From: an uncultured delta proteobacterium
GTDB lineage: Bacteria; Desulfobacterota; Desulfomonilia; Desulfomonilales; Desulfomonilaceae
Assembly (NCBI GenBank): GCA_963789265.1
Contig: CAWBKB010000001.1
Location: 288,001-352,000 of the forward strand
Length of the DNA stretch: 64,000 nucleotides
Direction of reading: 5' to 3'
Part shown: piece by piece, positions 22,220-35,203 of the stretch
Position numbering within the stretch: position 1 is the first letter of the stretch
Layout of the letters: every line of letters starts with the position of its first letter
The notes under the pieces: generated by a model
Seen by the model: the letters and a program-made list of their open reading frames with translations, nothing else
Database searches by the model: none
Told to the model about the DNA's origin: nothing
Made by a program: the position numbers and the translations under genes

Positions 22220-23774
22220 ATGTCCGTGATGGAAGAGAAATTCGAGGAATTAAGTCGGAGACTGGCAGAATCCGATCAGGCAGGCGGCCCGGAAAAGGTT
22301 TCGAAGCAGCATCAGGCTGGGAAGATGACGGCAAGAGAGCGGGTCCTGGAGCTTCTCGACGACGGCTCATTCGAAGAGATAGACAAATTTGTTGCCCATC
22401 GCTGCACCGATTTTGGCATGGCCAAGACTCAGATCCCCGGGGAAGGCGTGGTGACGGGCTTCGGTAGAATCAACGGCCGCGGGGTGTACGTTTTTGCGCA
22501 GGATTTTACTGTGTTCGGCGGGAGCCTCTCCTTCACCCATGCCCAAAAGATATGCAAAGTCATGGACCTCGCGTACAGGAATGGTTTTCCCCTTATAGGC
22601 ATCAACGATTCAGGCGGCGCGCGCATCCAGGAGGGCGTTGAGAGCCTGGGCGGCTATGGGGAGGTCTTCTATCGCAATGTGCGTGCCTCGGGTGTGATCC
22701 CTCAGATTTCCGTGGTCATGGGACCGTGCGCGGGCGGTGCGGTTTATTCCCCCGCGGTTACTGACTTCATCTTTATGACGGAAAAGACCAGCTACATGTT
22801 CATCACCGGCCCTCAGGTGATCAAACAGGTGACAAGCGAGGAGATAGACCCCGAGAGTCTCGGTGGCGCCAAGGTGCACGGGCGGGTATCCGGTGTGTGC
22901 CACTTTCACTCCCCCACAGAAGCTGAAACACTGGCCAAGGTCAAGGAACTCGTCTCATTCCTTCCGGACAGCAACCGCGTCAGGCCCCCGGTAGTCCCGA
23001 ACGACGACCCCATTGATAGGCCGGTCCCTGAACTGGATTCCGCGATACCCGACAGCTCTCGCAAACCTTATGACATGAAAAAAGTGATAGTGCCCGTGCT
23101 GGACAATGGGCATTTTTTGGAAGTTCACGCCCATTACGCTCGCAACCTGATCACCGGCTTCGGCAGGCTTGCCGGGAGAACCGTCGGGATAGTGGCCAAT
23201 CAACCGAACTGGCTTGCCGGATGCCTGGACACCGAGGCTTCGGTAAAGTGCGCGCGTTTCGTGCGATTCTGCGATGCTTTCAATATTCCGCTCTGGACTC
23301 TGTTGGACGTGCCGGGGTACCTGCCGGGCACTCAGCAGGAGCACGGGGGAATCATCAAGCACGGCGCGAAGATACTCTATGCTTACGCGGAGGCAACGGT
23401 CCCCAAGGTGACCCTAATCACCCGGAAGGCTTATGGCGGGGCTTACGTGGTTATGTCCAGCAAGCACCTGCGCCGCGGACATCAACCTGGCCTATCCCTC
23501 TGCCGAGATCGCGGTCATGGGACCCGAGGGCGCAATACAGATCCTATTTCGTAAGGAGATCGCGCAAGCTCCGGACCCGACTGCCAGGCGAGCCGAGCTT
23601 ATTCAGGACTATGTGGAGAAGTTTGCGAGCCCGTATCGTGCCGCCCAGCTTGGCTTTGTGGACCGGGTGATCTTCCCGCGCGATACCCGCTCGGTTCTTA
23701 TCAAGGCATTCGCCCAATTGGAGAACAAAGTCGAAGAAAAGCCCAACCGCAGACACGGAAACATTCCCCTCTAG
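22220..23774 (+). CDS. pccB: Propionyl-CoA/methylmalonyl-CoA carboxyltransferase beta subunit, frameshifted near 23472
   Basis: [31 protein letters not shown]-terminus [11 protein letters not shown]...RHGNIPL in the next frame. Confidence 0.88.
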
Positions 23775-24020
23775 TGAGCGTCGGGCAGGGAGGCAAGATT
23801 TGCCGCGTAGTGCGCCGAGATAACAAGTGGTTTGGATACCAGCACATAGCCCACCGCAGAACGTGATTAGGCCGGCTATATTTCGGTGTCACAGACCTGA
23901 TAGCATTATGCCTCACTTGAGAGAAATTCAGAGAAGACAGAATCCTCTGCGATCTCTGCGACCTCCGCGGTGAACTATTTAATCTCTAGTTCAAGAGAGT
24001 TCGGCATTAAGGAATTGAGC

Positions 24021-24416
24021 ATGGAAAAGCGTATCAGGGTAGTTGTGGCCAAGCCCGGTCTTGACGGCCATGATAGAGGTGCCAAAGTAGTGGCCAGAGC
24101 TTTACGCGACGCGGGCATGGAGGTCATCTATACGGGATTGAGACAGACCCCCGAGGCAATCCTCCAGACTTGTGTGCAGGAAGATGCGGATGTATTGTGC
24201 CTCAGTTCCCTCTCCGGGGCCCACGACTATCTGTTCCCCAAGGTGGCCGAACTCTTCAAGGAGAAGGGGGTCGATGACGTGCTGATACTGGGAGGCGGCA
24301 TAATCCCGGAAGAAGATGTCCCAAAGCTCAAACAAAGCGGCATTGAAGCTATCTTCGGACCGGGTACCCGTACCGACGACATAGTGGAATACATCCGAAC
24401 CCATCTCAAAAAATGA
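24021..24416 (+). CDS. Methylmalonyl-CoA mutase, cobalamin-binding small subunit
   Basis: [14 protein letters not shown]12-binding motif, GGIIP, FGPGT. Confidence 0.92.
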   Translation: MEKRIRVVVAKPGLDGHDRGAKVVARALRDAGMEVIYTGLRQTPEAILQTCVQEDADVLCLSSLSGAHDYLFPKVAELFKEKGVDDVLILGGGIIPEEDVPKLKQSGIEAIFGPGTRTDDIVEYIRTHLKK

Positions 24417-24962
24417 ATCGCTCCGTACGCCGGATTTAGTAGGGTGGTCCCGCGAAGCGCGGGATTGCCCGCCTCACAGAAGGGTCGGCATCTTGCCCGC
24501 CACCACAGTAGGGTGGGCATCCTGCCCGCCGATTGACCTGGCCACCTGCCCTTCAGTTGAGAATCGACGGGCGGGACGCTCATCCTACCGGTCCGATGCC
24601 GACCCCCGGTATTGTGTCCTTTTGTATGCTGCGATACGTTGGTACTACTGATATCAATGCGCCGTCAAAAAGATGACAATCCTAGACAGTATATGGTGGG
24701 GCCGGCATTCTGCCTGTCCCACGTTCCGCGGGATCACGCCGGATTCCGATCCGGTCTATGTAGGGGCGGACACATGGGTCTGCCCCTACAATTGATTCCC
24801 GCGTACACGAGCACGACGACAGGCAATCACGCCCGGGCGTGATTGTCCCACCATAAACACAGTGTCACTTGCTTGAAAGCGAATCGGCAAAACAGGCGGC
24901 GCCGATCTCGTAGAGGCACGGCGTCAAGCGCCCTCGGGAACTTTCATTGTGGAGTATGTTTT

Positions 24963-25844
24963 ATGGAACAGACTTTTGGACCGATACGGTTCATATCAGG
25001 TAAGAATTCAGGGAAGTATCCGCACTGCCACTCACTATACGTTGAGGCTCAGCAGAAGATCCTTATTGACCCTGCTTCCGACCGAAGCAAACTGGCCGAG
25101 CTTCGTGAAGGACCCGGAGTGGATGTCATCTGGTTGTCTCACTGGCACGAAGATCATTCCATGGATCTCGATCTCTTTGATGACAAGGATCTGTGGATTT
25201 CAGAAGGGGACGCTCCTCCGCTGGCAAGCTTGGACGCGTTCTTTGACGCGTACGGCATGACCGCGGACGAACGGCGGTCCTGGGAGCCGATCATGGCGCA
25301 ATCATTCCACTTCAAGCCACGTAAACCTGACCGGCTGTTGCAGGGACAACAGACAGTGGATTTGGGTGGGGTCGCCGTTGAGGTGATCCCTGCGCCGGGT
25401 CACACCCCCGGACATTGCGCACTCCTATTTCCGGGACAAGACCTACTATTCATGGGTGACTATGATTTGTCCAATTTTGGACCCTGGTACGGCGACCGAG
25501 ATTCAGACATAGACGAGGTCATAGCATCGGTGAATCATCTCCGGAGTATTTCTGCGCGAGTATGGGTGACAGCTCATGAACAGGGAGTCTTCCAAGACGA
25601 GCCGGGTGAGCTTTGGGATCGGTACCTCCAGGTCATCGATCGCCGCGATGAGAAGCTGCTTGACCTGCTAAAGGAGCCACGGACAATGTCCGAGATCGTC
25701 GACGCACGAATTATATACAGCCGGAAACGCGCACCTGCGGAGTTCTATGACTTCGGCGAGCGAGCCCTCATGGGAAAGCATCTCCAGCGGCTCATGAAAA
25801 ATGGGGCAGTTGTATTAGACGGCTCCACGTACTGTCTTGTTTAG
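24963..25844 (+). CDS. Metallo-beta-lactamase fold hydrolase
   Basis: SHWHEDH, PGHTPGH, GDYDL, TAHE. Confidence 0.85.
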   Translation: MEQTFGPIRFISGKNSGKYPHCHSLYVEAQQKILIDPASDRSKLAELREGPGVDVIWLSHWHEDHSMDLDLFDDKDLWISEGDAPPLASLDAFFDAYGMTADERRSWEPIMAQSFHFKPRKPDRLLQGQQTVDLGGVAVEVIPAPGHTPGHCALLFPGQDLLFMGDYDLSNFGPWYGDRDSDIDEVIASVNHLRSISARVWVTAHEQGVFQDEPGELWDRYLQVIDRRDEKLLDLLKEPRTMSEIVDARIIYSRKRAPAEFYDFGERALMGKHLQRLMKNGAVVLDGSTYCLV

Positions 25845-26287
25845 GGGAGCGGATATGCTTGTTGTCAGGTACAAACGTGAGATAACGTGGTCCGGTCGAG
25901 ATCCGATGGAGCAAGGTCATCCCTCCTGAATTTCTCTGGTTCTCTCATACCAACTTCCACAAATAAGTAACAATCCTAGACAGGATTGGGCAGGCAGTCC
26001 CGCGTTCCGCGGGGTCATCCCGGACTGCGATCCGGGGTCCGGTCTGGGTGCCGCGTTCACGGGCTCGACACGTAGGGCCGGGTTTCAAACCCGCCCCTAC
26101 CAAAAACACGGTGTCATTTGCTTGAAAGCGAACTGGTCTCAAAGTTCCACCACAGCTTCAGATAATCCCGGAACCACTCCACCAGATCCGAATAATTCGC
26201 ACTTGATTTTTCCTCAAGTTTTTGATTAATAAGACCCAAGAGTAATTGCTGCTCTTTTTTAAAGGAGTTGCACTAAGGAGTAAAAGT

Positions 26288-26468
26288 ATGACTTTACAAC
26301 AGATTCGTCAGAAGGCCAGAAACGATGGGGGTGAAGAACATCACCCGGCACAAGAAGGACAGCCTGATCAAGGCTATCCAGGAGCAAGAGGGGAATGCGC
26401 CTTGCTTCAGGGGCATAGAGGACTGCTGGGAAGAAAGATGCCTCTGGAGAGAGGAATGCCAGGCCTGA
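26288..26468 (+). CDS. Small SAP/Rho-N-like domain protein with four Cys, frameshifted near 26322
   Basis: AAGGAG RBS; joined frames read MTLQQIRQKAR.MGVKNITRHKKDSLIKAIQEQEGNAPCFRGIEDCWEERCLWREECQA. Confidence 0.65.
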
Positions 26469-26498
26469 CAGCCATTTGGTGGGGTTGGCCAGTGTTGG

Positions 26499-26550
26499 AC
26501 CGGCGCTTTTGGTTCGATGTTAATTGAACCAAAAGCGCCGGTTTGGTTTT
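26499..26550 (+). terminator. Strong hairpin, probable terminator
   Basis: 17-bp stem accggcgcttttggttc / gaaccaaaagcgccggt followed by ttggtttt. Confidence 0.65.
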
Positions 26551-26793
26551 ACCTGGTCGGATAATTTATAGCAGTTGTCAGAAGTTTTGTCCGATTTGCG
26601 TCGCGTTTCGCGGGGTCACCCCGGACACCGATCCGGGGTCCAGTCTGTCCCGCGTTCCGCGGGACCACGTGCGCGAGAATCACGATAAAAAGCTCCGGAG
26701 GCCAAGTCTTCAAATGACAACGCTCCCGATAAACAAAAGGACATCTTTTTGGACAACTGATATAACCTTTGGTTATGAACCCAAAGTTCTGTG

Positions 26794-26820
26794 CGATTCA
26801 CCCCACGTGCGTGGGGCAAT
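26794..26820 (-). repeat. Solitary degenerate type I-E-like CRISPR repeat
   Basis: cgattcaccccacgtgcgtggggcaat versus cggttcacccccacgtgcgtggggacaat at 31878. Confidence 0.7.
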
Positions 26821-27204
26821 TGCGACTGAGCTCTTTGGAAACCTCGCCTGCAGTTCGACCACAACAGCCAGACATCTACCCAGCTTCAGGGCAACGAGCC
26901 CGAGATCTACGGCATGATTAATTGACACCTGTGGACAGGATGGAAGCGGCCACTGATGCGTTTTTGTCCCGGACCTAACCAGTGATGCTGAGTCCTGGAC
27001 GCCACTCGGACGGATCTCGGCCAATCTGGCCCAGGATGAATTCGAAAGAGTCACGGACTTGGCTCTAGCCTCTGCGGCAATCTCGCCGAGCGGCCGGGCA
27101 GGAATCATGACGAGATGTGATGACTACTACCATGTTGCTTTGTCGGCCCGCTCAAACAATTAGGAGGGCATCCCGGGCTTACTCAACAAAAATACCATTG
27201 GCTA

Positions 27205-27978
27205 TTACACACTCCGCGCTATTAGCGCAGCGCCCAGGGCTCCGACAATCTGCGGTTCGTCCGGGACGTTGATCGGAAGGTCGGTCCTGCGGCGGATCGT
27301 ATCGAGGACACCCACGTTTTTGGCGACGCCGCCGGTAAGGGTGAGTTCCGGTTCGGGGTGCATACGGTCCATCATAGCCAGCACGCGCAGACAGATGGCG
27401 GTATGTATCCCATTAAGGATGTCTTCCCGCGGGGTGCAGTGCGCGATCAAGGAGATCACTTCCGACTCCGCGAAGACCGTGCACGTGCTGCTTATAGCGA
27501 CCTCCCGCTCGGATTGAAGCGAAAGCGGTCCCATGCGGTCCAGGTCCACCTCCAGCGCTCTGGCCATGACTTCGAGGAATCGCCCGGTTCCTGCGGCGCA
27601 CTTGTCGTTCATTGCGAAGTCAATCACCTTCCCGTGACCGTCTAACTTAATCACCTTGCTGTCCTGCCCGCCGATATCGATGATTGTACGCGTGCCGGGA
27701 AACAGATGTGCAGCGCCCCTCGCGTGACACGTGATCTCGGTGACGGCCTTGTTAGCGCAAGGCAGGCTCGCGCGGCCGTACCCTGTTGCCACAATGCACC
27801 GTAGATTGGTACGCGGGATTCCCGCGCGCTCCAGCGCCCGATTCAGAGATCGCTCGCCCGCGACCCTGCTGTCCGCGCCGGTGGACGTCACGTCGAAGGC
27901 TTTGATTGCGCCACGGTCGTCGATGATGACCGTATCGGTGCTCAAGGATCCAATATCGACACCCGCGTAGAATCTCAT
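27205..27978 (-). CDS. 2-hydroxyacyl-CoA dehydratase activator (HgdC/BadF-BcrAD ATPase family)
   Basis: GVDIGS, ATGYGR, EITCHARG, DIGGQDSK, NDKCAAGTGRFLE, CTVFAESE. Confidence 0.92.
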   Translation of the reverse strand: MRFYAGVDIGSLSTDTVIIDDRGAIKAFDVTSTGADSRVAGERSLNRALERAGIPRTNLRCIVATGYGRASLPCANKAVTEITCHARGAAHLFPGTRTIIDIGGQDSKVIKLDGHGKVIDFAMNDKCAAGTGRFLEVMARALEVDLDRMGPLSLQSEREVAISSTCTVFAESEVISLIAHCTPREDILNGIHTAICLRVLAMMDRMHPEPELTLTGGVAKNVGVLDTIRRRTDLPINVPDEPQIVGALGAALIARSV

Positions 27979-27987
27979 TCCTACCTG

Positions 27988-29241
27988 CTAGACGGTAAGT
28001 CCTCTTTGTTCGAGAAGCATTTCCATGAACGCGTCGATCCGCGTCTGGAATTGCGCGACCGAGAAGTTCCTGCTGTCCATGTGGTCCGCGTCGATGAACA
28101 CCGAGGGGATGCCCAACTCCGTTTCGAGCGCGCGTTTGATGTCCATCTGTCCGAGCGTGATCGGAACGCATGATTTGTTGCGGTGGAGCACCGCACCGTG
28201 GATTCCGTAATCTCTGCAAGCGGTGACTACCGCGTCGATGCGCTTCCGCACCGAAACGCACGACACTAGAGGGTAAGACTTTAGGCTCTTCACGGCCAAT
28301 GACTCCATCGGATTGTCCGGGTCCAAACGAAGTGACCACGTGGACGAGGACGTCTCCGCGACCACTACTCCGCCCATCTTCTCGAATGCGTTGAACAGCC
28401 CCATATTGTACCAGAGCGGGATGTTGTCCCAGAATAGCCTGAGTTTCTCCTCTTCGATCACCCCTATTCCGGAGAGAGCCCGTTGTTCGACCTCGTCACG
28501 CACCCTGGTAAGGAAATCCACAGCGGTCTGCGTGCCCTGCCTGGTGACCATGACGAACATAATCCCGATCTCCGCGGCTGAGAACGGCGTCGGCACGTGG
28601 CGTCTGAAGGCCATGATCTCGTCCCACAGCTCGCAGGCGCGATCGGACAGCCGCACCACCTCCTTCAGGCGGTCGTAGTCGAGTCTACGGTGGGTCGCTT
28701 CCTCGAGGAACTCTATCAATCGACGCAGTTCACTGATCGCGTATTCCACGTGATACGACTGGATATCTTCGATAGCGACCTGGGGCAGGTCAGCGCGAAA
28801 CACTCGAGCGTTGGGAAAGCGCCGCTCAAGCGCGTGAAAGATCTTCATCACCGGAATGCACCCGCCGCCGGGACTTATGAGCAAGTTGGGCTCCGGCAGC
28901 CCGCCCAACGGCGATCCAGGCTCGTTCATGGGCCCGTGCACGTATCCGACAATGTTCCGTAGGTACCCGCAGAGGTCGGGCGAATACCCCATGGCTTCCG
29001 CGACCTCGAAGTTCCTCGGCGCAAGTCCGAACGCAGCACAGATTGGCGACCAGTTCTCTGGAAATACCGGCTGGATGCCCATTGCGTAGAAGATCTCGAT
29101 GGCCCCGTTCATTGGAGGCATCCAACCAAGGAGTTTGCCTTGGCCGCTGGCCTCGGCGCACTCCAGGTAGTATTCACCGATCACCCGGTTGAGTTCCTTG
29201 GCAGCTCTCAGCCTCTTCCTGGACTTGCCTATCTTCTCCAT
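27988..29241 (-). CDS. 2-hydroxyacyl-CoA dehydratase / benzoyl-CoA reductase-type subunit
   Basis: PENW, GYSPDLCGY, KSC, DADHMDSRNFS.AQ..TRIDAF.E. Confidence 0.85.
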   Translation of the reverse strand: MEKIGKSRKRLRAAKELNRVIGEYYLECAEASGQGKLLGWMPPMNGAIEIFYAMGIQPVFPENWSPICAAFGLAPRNFEVAEAMGYSPDLCGYLRNIVGYVHGPMNEPGSPLGGLPEPNLLISPGGGCIPVMKIFHALERRFPNARVFRADLPQVAIEDIQSYHVEYAISELRRLIEFLEEATHRRLDYDRLKEVVRLSDRACELWDEIMAFRRHVPTPFSAAEIGIMFVMVTRQGTQTAVDFLTRVRDEVEQRALSGIGVIEEEKLRLFWDNIPLWYNMGLFNAFEKMGGVVVAETSSSTWSLRLDPDNPMESLAVKSLKSYPLVSCVSVRKRIDAVVTACRDYGIHGAVLHRNKSCVPITLGQMDIKRALETELGIPSVFIDADHMDSRNFSVAQFQTRIDAFMEMLLEQRGLTV

Positions 29242-29242
29242 G

Positions 29243-30356
29243 TCAGGCCCCCAGCATCTCGAAAAAAGCCTCGATGCGAGTTTTCAGTCTCCCTTCGTTG
29301 AGACCCGCTTCCTCCATTTCCAGAACCACGCTCGGGATGCCCTGCTCCCTGAGTCCTCTCATGAGCGCCGGAAGGTCCGCCAGGTGAGGCGTGCAGAATT
29401 TCTGAAGCAGGAAGATGACACCCCGCGCACCCGATTCGGCGACCACGCCAAGTAGTAGCTGGAGCCGCTCCTCGGCCCGGGACCTCGCCGGACACGGGAT
29501 GCGGCTAAAGGTACGATCCATGAGCCATTCCACAGGATCGGCGGCTCTATCCACGGGTGGCTGCACGCATCGAAATCCCGTACAGAGATCGTCCGCAGCG
29601 ATTCTCCCACCCGCAGCCTCGATGACTTCCAGAACTGCGGGCTCTTCGAGTACGCTTCCGGAAACGAGGTCCGGGTAGCCCTGGTCGCGCAGCGGCCATC
29701 GTCGAGACCTGATCCGTGAGGTCGTGTAGCATTAGGCGGTACTCCTCGGGCCACGTTACGAACCCCGCCAGTATGACAGAGAGCAACTCTGCAGCCGAGA
29801 GCCCGAGCCGGTTCTCCGCCCGGAGACGGAACAGCTCACGTATTGCCTCGCGCACATCCTCATAAAGATGAATCGACGCATCGAGCCTTTCTTCGGTGAA
29901 AGAACCCCCAATCAAGTTCAGCTTCTCAGCGACCTCCGCGAGTGCAGCTCGAAAGAAACGCCTGGCATCGGGGCTATCGTTATAAGGCAAAGGAATGGTG
30001 TGGAAAAGCGCACCCGGAAGGTTCTCCTGCCAGATGCGAACCAGTCCGCACGCGACGTCGCAGGTGTAGCCCTGCACGATGCCCGAGAGGTACGACCGGC
30101 CTCCGGCGAGAGCCTTGTCCAGGGCCATCCTCATGTACGGGCAGACAAAGGTAGGCACAAGCGAGTCAGCCTTAGTCACCGGTCCGCGACCGCCGAGGAT
30201 ACGCACAGGCAGAAAACCCGCAGCGTGGATCATCTCGACGGGCGTGTACGTGCAGAAATAGCCGATGATCTTTGTCCCCGCTAACGCGAGGTGATTGAGG
30301 CGCTCGTGACTTTGCTCGAGGGCTTTCACAAAGGGTTCGATCGCTGAGGCGGGCAT
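29243..30356 (-). CDS. 2-hydroxyacyl-CoA dehydratase subunit, frameshifted near 29680-29560
   Basis: GYFCTYTPVEMIHAAG, CPY, TCD; C-terminus QKFCTPH...KTRIEAFFEML in another frame. Confidence 0.82.
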
Positions 30357-30503
30357 GGTATTCTCGTGAGGCGACGTCCACGTGGATGGAAACGAAAAAT
30401 GATCGCGGCCCGGTCAACATTTTCCTCCATCGTTTGATGGATACACTGCAAGATTACCCCGGTCGAGTCAAGGAAAGAAAAACGGAATCTTGCCGCGTGT
30501 TCA

Positions 30504-30564
30504 CGGGGTCCTCCACACGTGCGTGGAGAGGACAATCAATCTACGCCCCCGCGTGAGGGGCGAC
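30504..30564 (-). repeat. Fused degenerate I-E-like repeat (30504-30536) and I-C repeat (30537-30564)
   Basis: cggggtcctccacacgtgcgtggagaggacaat directly followed by caatctacgcccccgcgtgaggggcgac, 26/28 identical to the array repeat minus its first gttt. Confidence 0.75.
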
Positions 30565-30894
30565 TGACGACTACGCCCCTGTGGACAACCTCGTGGCCCG
30601 CATATTCGAGGTGCAATTCGGCTGCGACCGAAGGGATCAAGAAGACCCGCGCCCCTGGCGGGAGAGGGCAGGGTGAGGGGGAATTTTGAGCGAATCCTCG
30701 GCTCTTATTTTGAGGCCTATGCGCCGGCGCCCCTGGTATTTCCCTGTTTTCGCAATCTTCGGCCGACCCGCGAACATCTGCCCGGCTATTCCCGCACACT
30801 TTGCTCATATTTATCTTTACATGGCCTTCCAAACATGGGAAAATTTAAAAAGGGGATTCCATTTTTGTTTACAACACAAGAATAAGGAGGGGAC

Positions 30895-31797
30895 ATGAAA
30901 ACGACCGAATTGGCTTGTCTGCTGCTCGTTTGTTGCCTGGTGGTTCCTGCGCTCGCCTCCGCCCGAGACGTTACGCCCTTCATCTCGACCGATTGGCTGC
31001 AGAAGAACCTCGAAAACCCCAAAGTGGTGATCGTCGATACGCGGAAGTTCGAGGATTACAAGCAAGGGCACATCCCCGGCGCGGTCAACTCGTTCTTCGG
31101 CGCATGGGCACCCGAGAAGAACAAGCTCCTCTTGGAATTGCCGTCGGACAAGGAGCTGCTCGGGCTGATCGGATCGGCCGGTATAAAGCCCGATTCGACA
31201 GTCGTCGCGGTCAGCATGGCCGACAACAACTACAGCAGGGCCGACGCCACCCGCGTGGCCTTCACGATGGTCATAGCGGGGCTGAAGAACGTCTCCGTCC
31301 TGGAGGGGGGCTACGCGAAGTGGCTCAAGGAGAAGAAACCCGTCTCCACCGAAGAAGTGACGCCGAGGGCCGGAAAGTATGAGGGCAAGGTGAGAAGGAC
31401 GGCAGTTGCCTCGAAGGCGTACGTGATGGAAAAGATGGGGAAGTCACGCCTCGTGGATTGCCGGGACGCGAATGTCTACTTCGGCCTCACCGTCGAGCCC
31501 TTTGCCCCGAAGCCCGGACACATAAAGAGCGCGGTAAACCTGCCCACCCCCTGGATCTACACGAAGGAGGGGACGCTGCTTCCTGAAAAGGACCTCGCGG
31601 CGATGGCCGCAAACGTCGTCGGGGAGGACAAATCGAAGGAGGTCATAACTTACTGCGGTGTCGGCGGCTACGGCGCGACGTGGTGGTACCTCCTCACTCA
31701 GATGTTCGGCTACAAGAACGTGAAGCTCTATGATGGCGCCATGCAGGAGTGGGTGACCGACCCGAACGCGCCGATTACCACATTCCGTTGGCTTTGA
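30895..31797 (+). CDS. Periplasmic tandem-rhodanese sulfurtransferase
   Basis: Signal peptide, ISTDWL, GHIPGAV, LEGG, GHIKSA, YCGVGG active-site loop, LYDGAMQEW. Confidence 0.9.
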   Translation: MKTTELACLLLVCCLVVPALASARDVTPFISTDWLQKNLENPKVVIVDTRKFEDYKQGHIPGAVNSFFGAWAPEKNKLLLELPSDKELLGLIGSAGIKPDSTVVAVSMADNNYSRADATRVAFTMVIAGLKNVSVLEGGYAKWLKEKKPVSTEEVTPRAGKYEGKVRRTAVASKAYVMEKMGKSRLVDCRDANVYFGLTVEPFAPKPGHIKSAVNLPTPWIYTKEGTLLPEKDLAAMAANVVGEDKSKEVITYCGVGGYGATWWYLLTQMFGYKNVKLYDGAMQEWVTDPNAPITTFRWL

Positions 31798-31877
31798 AAG
31801 ACCCGCCTTAGCAGTCACTGGGCCCCGCCTGGTGCAGGGCCCCGTAGCATTTCCGGGATATGCCCGAAGATCTTAAA

Positions 31878-31906
31878 CGGTTCACCCCCACGTGCGTGGG
31901 GACAAT
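31878..31906 (-). repeat. Single intact type I-E CRISPR repeat at the trailer end of the I-C array
   Basis: Minus strand ATTGTCCCCACGCACGTGGGGGTGAACCG: 29 nt, palindromic, GAACCG end. Confidence 0.85.
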
Positions 31907-31934
31907 GCTATTTTGCCGCTGGCGGGGATTCCGT

Positions 31935-33683
<1,749 letters not shown>

Positions 33684-33871
33684 TGCGGAGCTTCAAGAGC
33701 CGCATCAACACCCGTTCCAAATGATGTGTTTTGCGAACTCGCTCTGGGCATCAGGCGTCCAGGCCCTACTCCACAGAAAAGCAATCATGTTGTTATATTA
33801 TTCCAGGAGGTTACATTTGGTGCGAGAACCCAGGCTTTTTATGTCAGCTTCAGGTTCGCAACCGTCTTCCG
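33684..33871 (-). promoter_or_regulatory. CRISPR leader
   Basis: Non-coding stretch between cas2 and the first repeat with GCGAAC/GGTTCGC motifs common in I-C leaders. Confidence 0.7.
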
Positions 33872-34162
33872 CTACACAAAAAGAGGTCCCTCTGGATCGT
33901 ACGGTTGTTTCGCGCCTACATGATCCACCCGGCGCTTCCAGTTTTTCCCTAAATAATAGAATCGGAGGCTGTCCAGGTTTGGATCGATTTTCCTTTCCAA
34001 TCGGTCCTTGAGGATAACCCACTCCGCCGGGTCAACCAGACATTCGAACACGGATTTCTGAACTCGTTGACACATGTTTTCGCAAATCCTTGCCACGTGG
34101 CGAAGTCTTTTCCGACCTTCCGGAGTCCCTACATTCACATCGTAGGTCACAAGCACAAGCAT
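33872..34162 (-). CDS. cas2: CRISPR-associated endonuclease Cas2
   Basis: MLVLVTYDV, RVQKSVFEC, DSLRFY. Confidence 0.95.
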   Translation of the reverse strand: MLVLVTYDVNVGTPEGRKRLRHVARICENMCQRVQKSVFECLVDPAEWVILKDRLERKIDPNLDSLRFYYLGKNWKRRVDHVGAKQPYDPEGPLFV

Positions 34163-34169
34163 GACGATT

Positions 34170-35201
34170 CTACCTCCAAAAAAATGGGGGATACCCATCC
34201 AAGTCTCCCCTCACATATCGAGCGAACAAAAGCGCCTGTGTGTGCACAAGCAGTCCTGTACGAACTTTCTCTCCCAGGAAAGGGTGTGTGATTTCCTCCT
34301 TCTTGCGATCCTGATAAGCTGTCAGGACTTTCTTCCTCGTTTCGTCATCCATGAGCACGGCCCCGCTTTCAGTGTGCTTTAAGCCTTTGCCTCGGATTTG
34401 CTGCCGATTCACTAAAGATAAGGCTAGCCGATCTACAAGCACCGGCCGAAACTCCTCCATGAGATCCAACGCCAGACTCGGTCGGCCAGGCCGGTCTTCG
34501 TGCAAAAAACCGACACAGGGATCCAAACCAACCGCCTCCAGAGACGAAACTACGTCATGAGTCAAGACAGAATACAGAAACGAGAGCAGAGCATTTATAT
34601 TGTCCAGCGGGGGACGCCTATTGCGCCCGGTAAATGTAAAATCCTCCTTTTGTGCGATGATTAGATGATCAAAAACCTGGAAATAGTGCCTGGCCGCTTC
34701 TCCCTCCAGTGCTCGGATTGTTTCCAGCGGCGGCCCGTCTTGCAGCGCCTCCACGATTGCGGCCAACTTTGCAGCAGCCTCTCCGACGCACGCTTGATCG
34801 ATTTTGTCCGAATGGTCTCGGACCGCGCGGAGAAGAACATGTCTGCTATTGAGGACCTTTGCAATGACAATCGAACGTGCCACAGCCACACACGTCTGCG
34901 GGTCGTCGGCTTTACGATAGTGCTCTTTTCTTAACAACACATTGCCGTGAACAGGGCCCTGAACTCTTGCCCAGAAGCGCCCGGTCATGCTCATGAATGA
35001 TATGTTTACCTGATGGGCGCAGCACAGATCCATCAGAGGTTGGCTGCATGTCACTCGCCCAAAACACACAATCCCGTCCAGAGTATGGATTGGCACTCTA
35101 AGCCTTGTCTCGTCTCCCATCTGCACTTTTACCGTGTCACCGTCTCGGGAAAGGTAAGATCCTTCAGTCATGACGTACAATGTGTTAAGCACACGCTTCA
35201 T
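34170..35201 (-). CDS. cas1: Type I-C Cas1
   Basis: LNTLYV, GNVLLR, LEGEAA, RNRRPPLD, SLALDLMEEFR, YPPFFWR. Confidence 0.96.
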   Translation of the reverse strand: MKRVLNTLYVMTEGSYLSRDGDTVKVQMGDETRLRVPIHTLDGIVCFGRVTCSQPLMDLCCAHQVNISFMSMTGRFWARVQGPVHGNVLLRKEHYRKADDPQTCVAVARSIVIAKVLNSRHVLLRAVRDHSDKIDQACVGEAAAKLAAIVEALQDGPPLETIRALEGEAARHYFQVFDHLIIAQKEDFTFTGRNRRPPLDNINALLSFLYSVLTHDVVSSLEAVGLDPCVGFLHEDRPGRPSLALDLMEEFRPVLVDRLALSLVNRQQIRGKGLKHTESGAVLMDDETRKKVLTAYQDRKKEEITHPFLGEKVRTGLLVHTQALLFARYVRGDLDGYPPFFWR

Positions 35202-35203
35202 GG

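Noticed and set aside
26821..27200. Possible gene remnant or extra spacers next to the solitary repeat
   Set aside because: No second repeat at spacer distance and no recognisable protein motif
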